64,000 nucleotides of DNA, taken from contig CBDETY010000003.1 of NCBI GenBank assembly GCA_965243025.1, forward strand, positions 96,001 to 160,000, written 5' to 3'. Positions 63,008 through 64,000 of this stretch are shown one piece after another; position 1 is the stretch's first letter, and every line of letters begins with the position of its first letter. Source of the DNA: Candidatus Latescibacterota bacterium (lineage in GTDB: Bacteria; Latescibacterota; UBA2968; UBA8231). The notes beneath the pieces were generated by a model. The model was given only the letters and a program-made list of their open reading frames with translations. It was not told the origin of the DNA and made no database searches. A program made the translations under genes and the position numbers.

Positions 63008-64000
63008 TTATGGTTCCTGTCCGGTGCCCGGCTCGGGGCGGCGCCGCTGGTTGTAGAGGATGTGGACCCCGCCGCCGCGATACCCCTCGTCGGTAACCAC
63101 GAGGTCGAGGTCTCCGTCCTCATCGAGATCTCCCGCCCATGCCTGGCCTCCTTCCCCCTTCAGTCTGTAGCACCCCTCGATCACCGGCAGGGCGCCCCGT
63201 TGCCCTTCGTAGACGATCACGCTGCGGCCGGAATAGAGGTTCCTGTTGACGACCACCGGGTCCGGGATCCGGTCTCCGTTCAGGTCCCAGGACCGCACCG
63301 AGGAGACGGTCTGGATCTCCGAATCGACCCAAGGGGTCATCTCCAGGCGGCCGCTGCCGTCGTTCACCGCCCACTTCAGACCCGGGTAGCGGACCGGGTA
63401 CCAGTTCGTCAGTCTTTCCGCAAGGAACAGCAGATCGAGGTCCCCGTCGCCGTCCATGTCGCTGACGTCGTCGAGCAGACCTTGGGAAGAATCGACAGGA
63501 ACAACTAGCGAAAGCGGTTCCCCGGTTCCAAGGAGGGCAAGGTCGCGGCTGATTCGGACCCGCATCGAATCCTTTGCTGCCGCCCGCGGCTGCACCCACA
63601 CCACGTCGAGCCGGCCGTTGCCGTCGACGTCCTTGACGGAGTGCACCAGGAACCCGGGTTCCTGGAAACGCGGCCCCTCGGTCACTTGGCCCCCCGGGCC
63701 GGCCAGCAGGATCGAGAGGCCGCCGACCGGCCGCGGGCCGGTCTCCCACAACCACGAGAACCAGACATCCTCGCGGCCGTCTCCGTTGTAGTCGGCAACT
63801 GCCAGTGGGGTCTCGTCCGGGTCGGTACTGAGACTTACCTCGTCGTATCGGCCCGAGCCGAGGTTGCTCAACCACAGACCGAGGCCGCCGATCGAGAACA
63901 GGATGTCGGCGACGCCGTCCTGATTCAGGTCGCCCGCGCCACCGAAGCGCAAGTAGAACCGCTCCTCACTCCTTGCCGGAGGGAACCAGTCGGAGACGGC
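63008..64000 (-). CDS. FG-GAP/VCBS-repeat protein, probably starting beyond the window
   Basis: Repeated D(L/Y/V/M)(N/D)GDG..D(L/V) motifs. Confidence 0.8.
   Translation of the reverse strand, partial: AVSDWFPPARSEERFYLRFGGAGDLNQDGVADILFSIGGLGLWLSNLGSGRYDEVSLSTDPDETPLAVADYNGDGREDVWFSWLWETGPRPVGGLSILLAGPGGQVTEGPRFQEPGFLVHSVKDVDGNGRLDVVWVQPRAAAKDSMRVRISRDLALLGTGEPLSLVVPVDSSQGLLDDVSDMDGDGDLDLLFLAERLTNWYPVRYPGLKWAVNDGSGRLEMTPWVDSEIQTVSSVRSWDLNGDRIPDPVVVNRNLYSGRSVIVYEGQRGALPVIEGCYRLKGEGGQAWAGDLDEDGDLDLVVTDEGYRGGGVHILYNQRRRPEPGTGQEP

Overview
High-GC bacterial DNA. The gene families (Asp-rich secreted proteins, FlgD-Ig, DUF4159-like and C-terminal 'SWGRIKA' proteins) suggest Latescibacterota/Gemmatimonadota or a relative; this is inference. 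(1) 1-12.7 kb: two Asp-rich putative outer-membrane proteins, a TPR protein, an OPT-like transporter, an oxidoreductase and a creatininase-like gene. (2) 12.7-15 kb: a decayed defence patch with MNT, an internally deleted HEPN, an intact IS3-family element with a 4-bp target duplication, and an R-M gene fragment. (3) 15-28 kb: Fe-ADH/LarA-like/Zn-ADH genes; a probable sigma54 operon of a small Cys-rich secreted peptide, four paralogous secreted proteins and a TolB-like protein; and a divergent beta-propeller sigma54 activator with three palindromic repeats in between. (4) 28-31.5 kb: hemC, cobA/hemD and an AIR-synthase-like gene. (5) 31.8-49.3 kb: a nitrogen-scavenging cluster with a NifA-like activator, amtB, glnK, a TorF-like porin, glnA, ureD, an ABC transporter, a GdmH-like guanidine hydrolase, an unusual CbiX-DUF362 fusion and ureAB/C/F/G. 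It has two sigma54 promoters and a recurring ACA-N4-TGT site pair spaced 30 bp at three promoters. (6) 49.5-64 kb: a second Asp-rich/TPR module, an A24 peptidase, two thioredoxin-fold genes, an AraC gene and a partial FG-GAP gene. All family calls come from motif recognition by eye; no searches were run.
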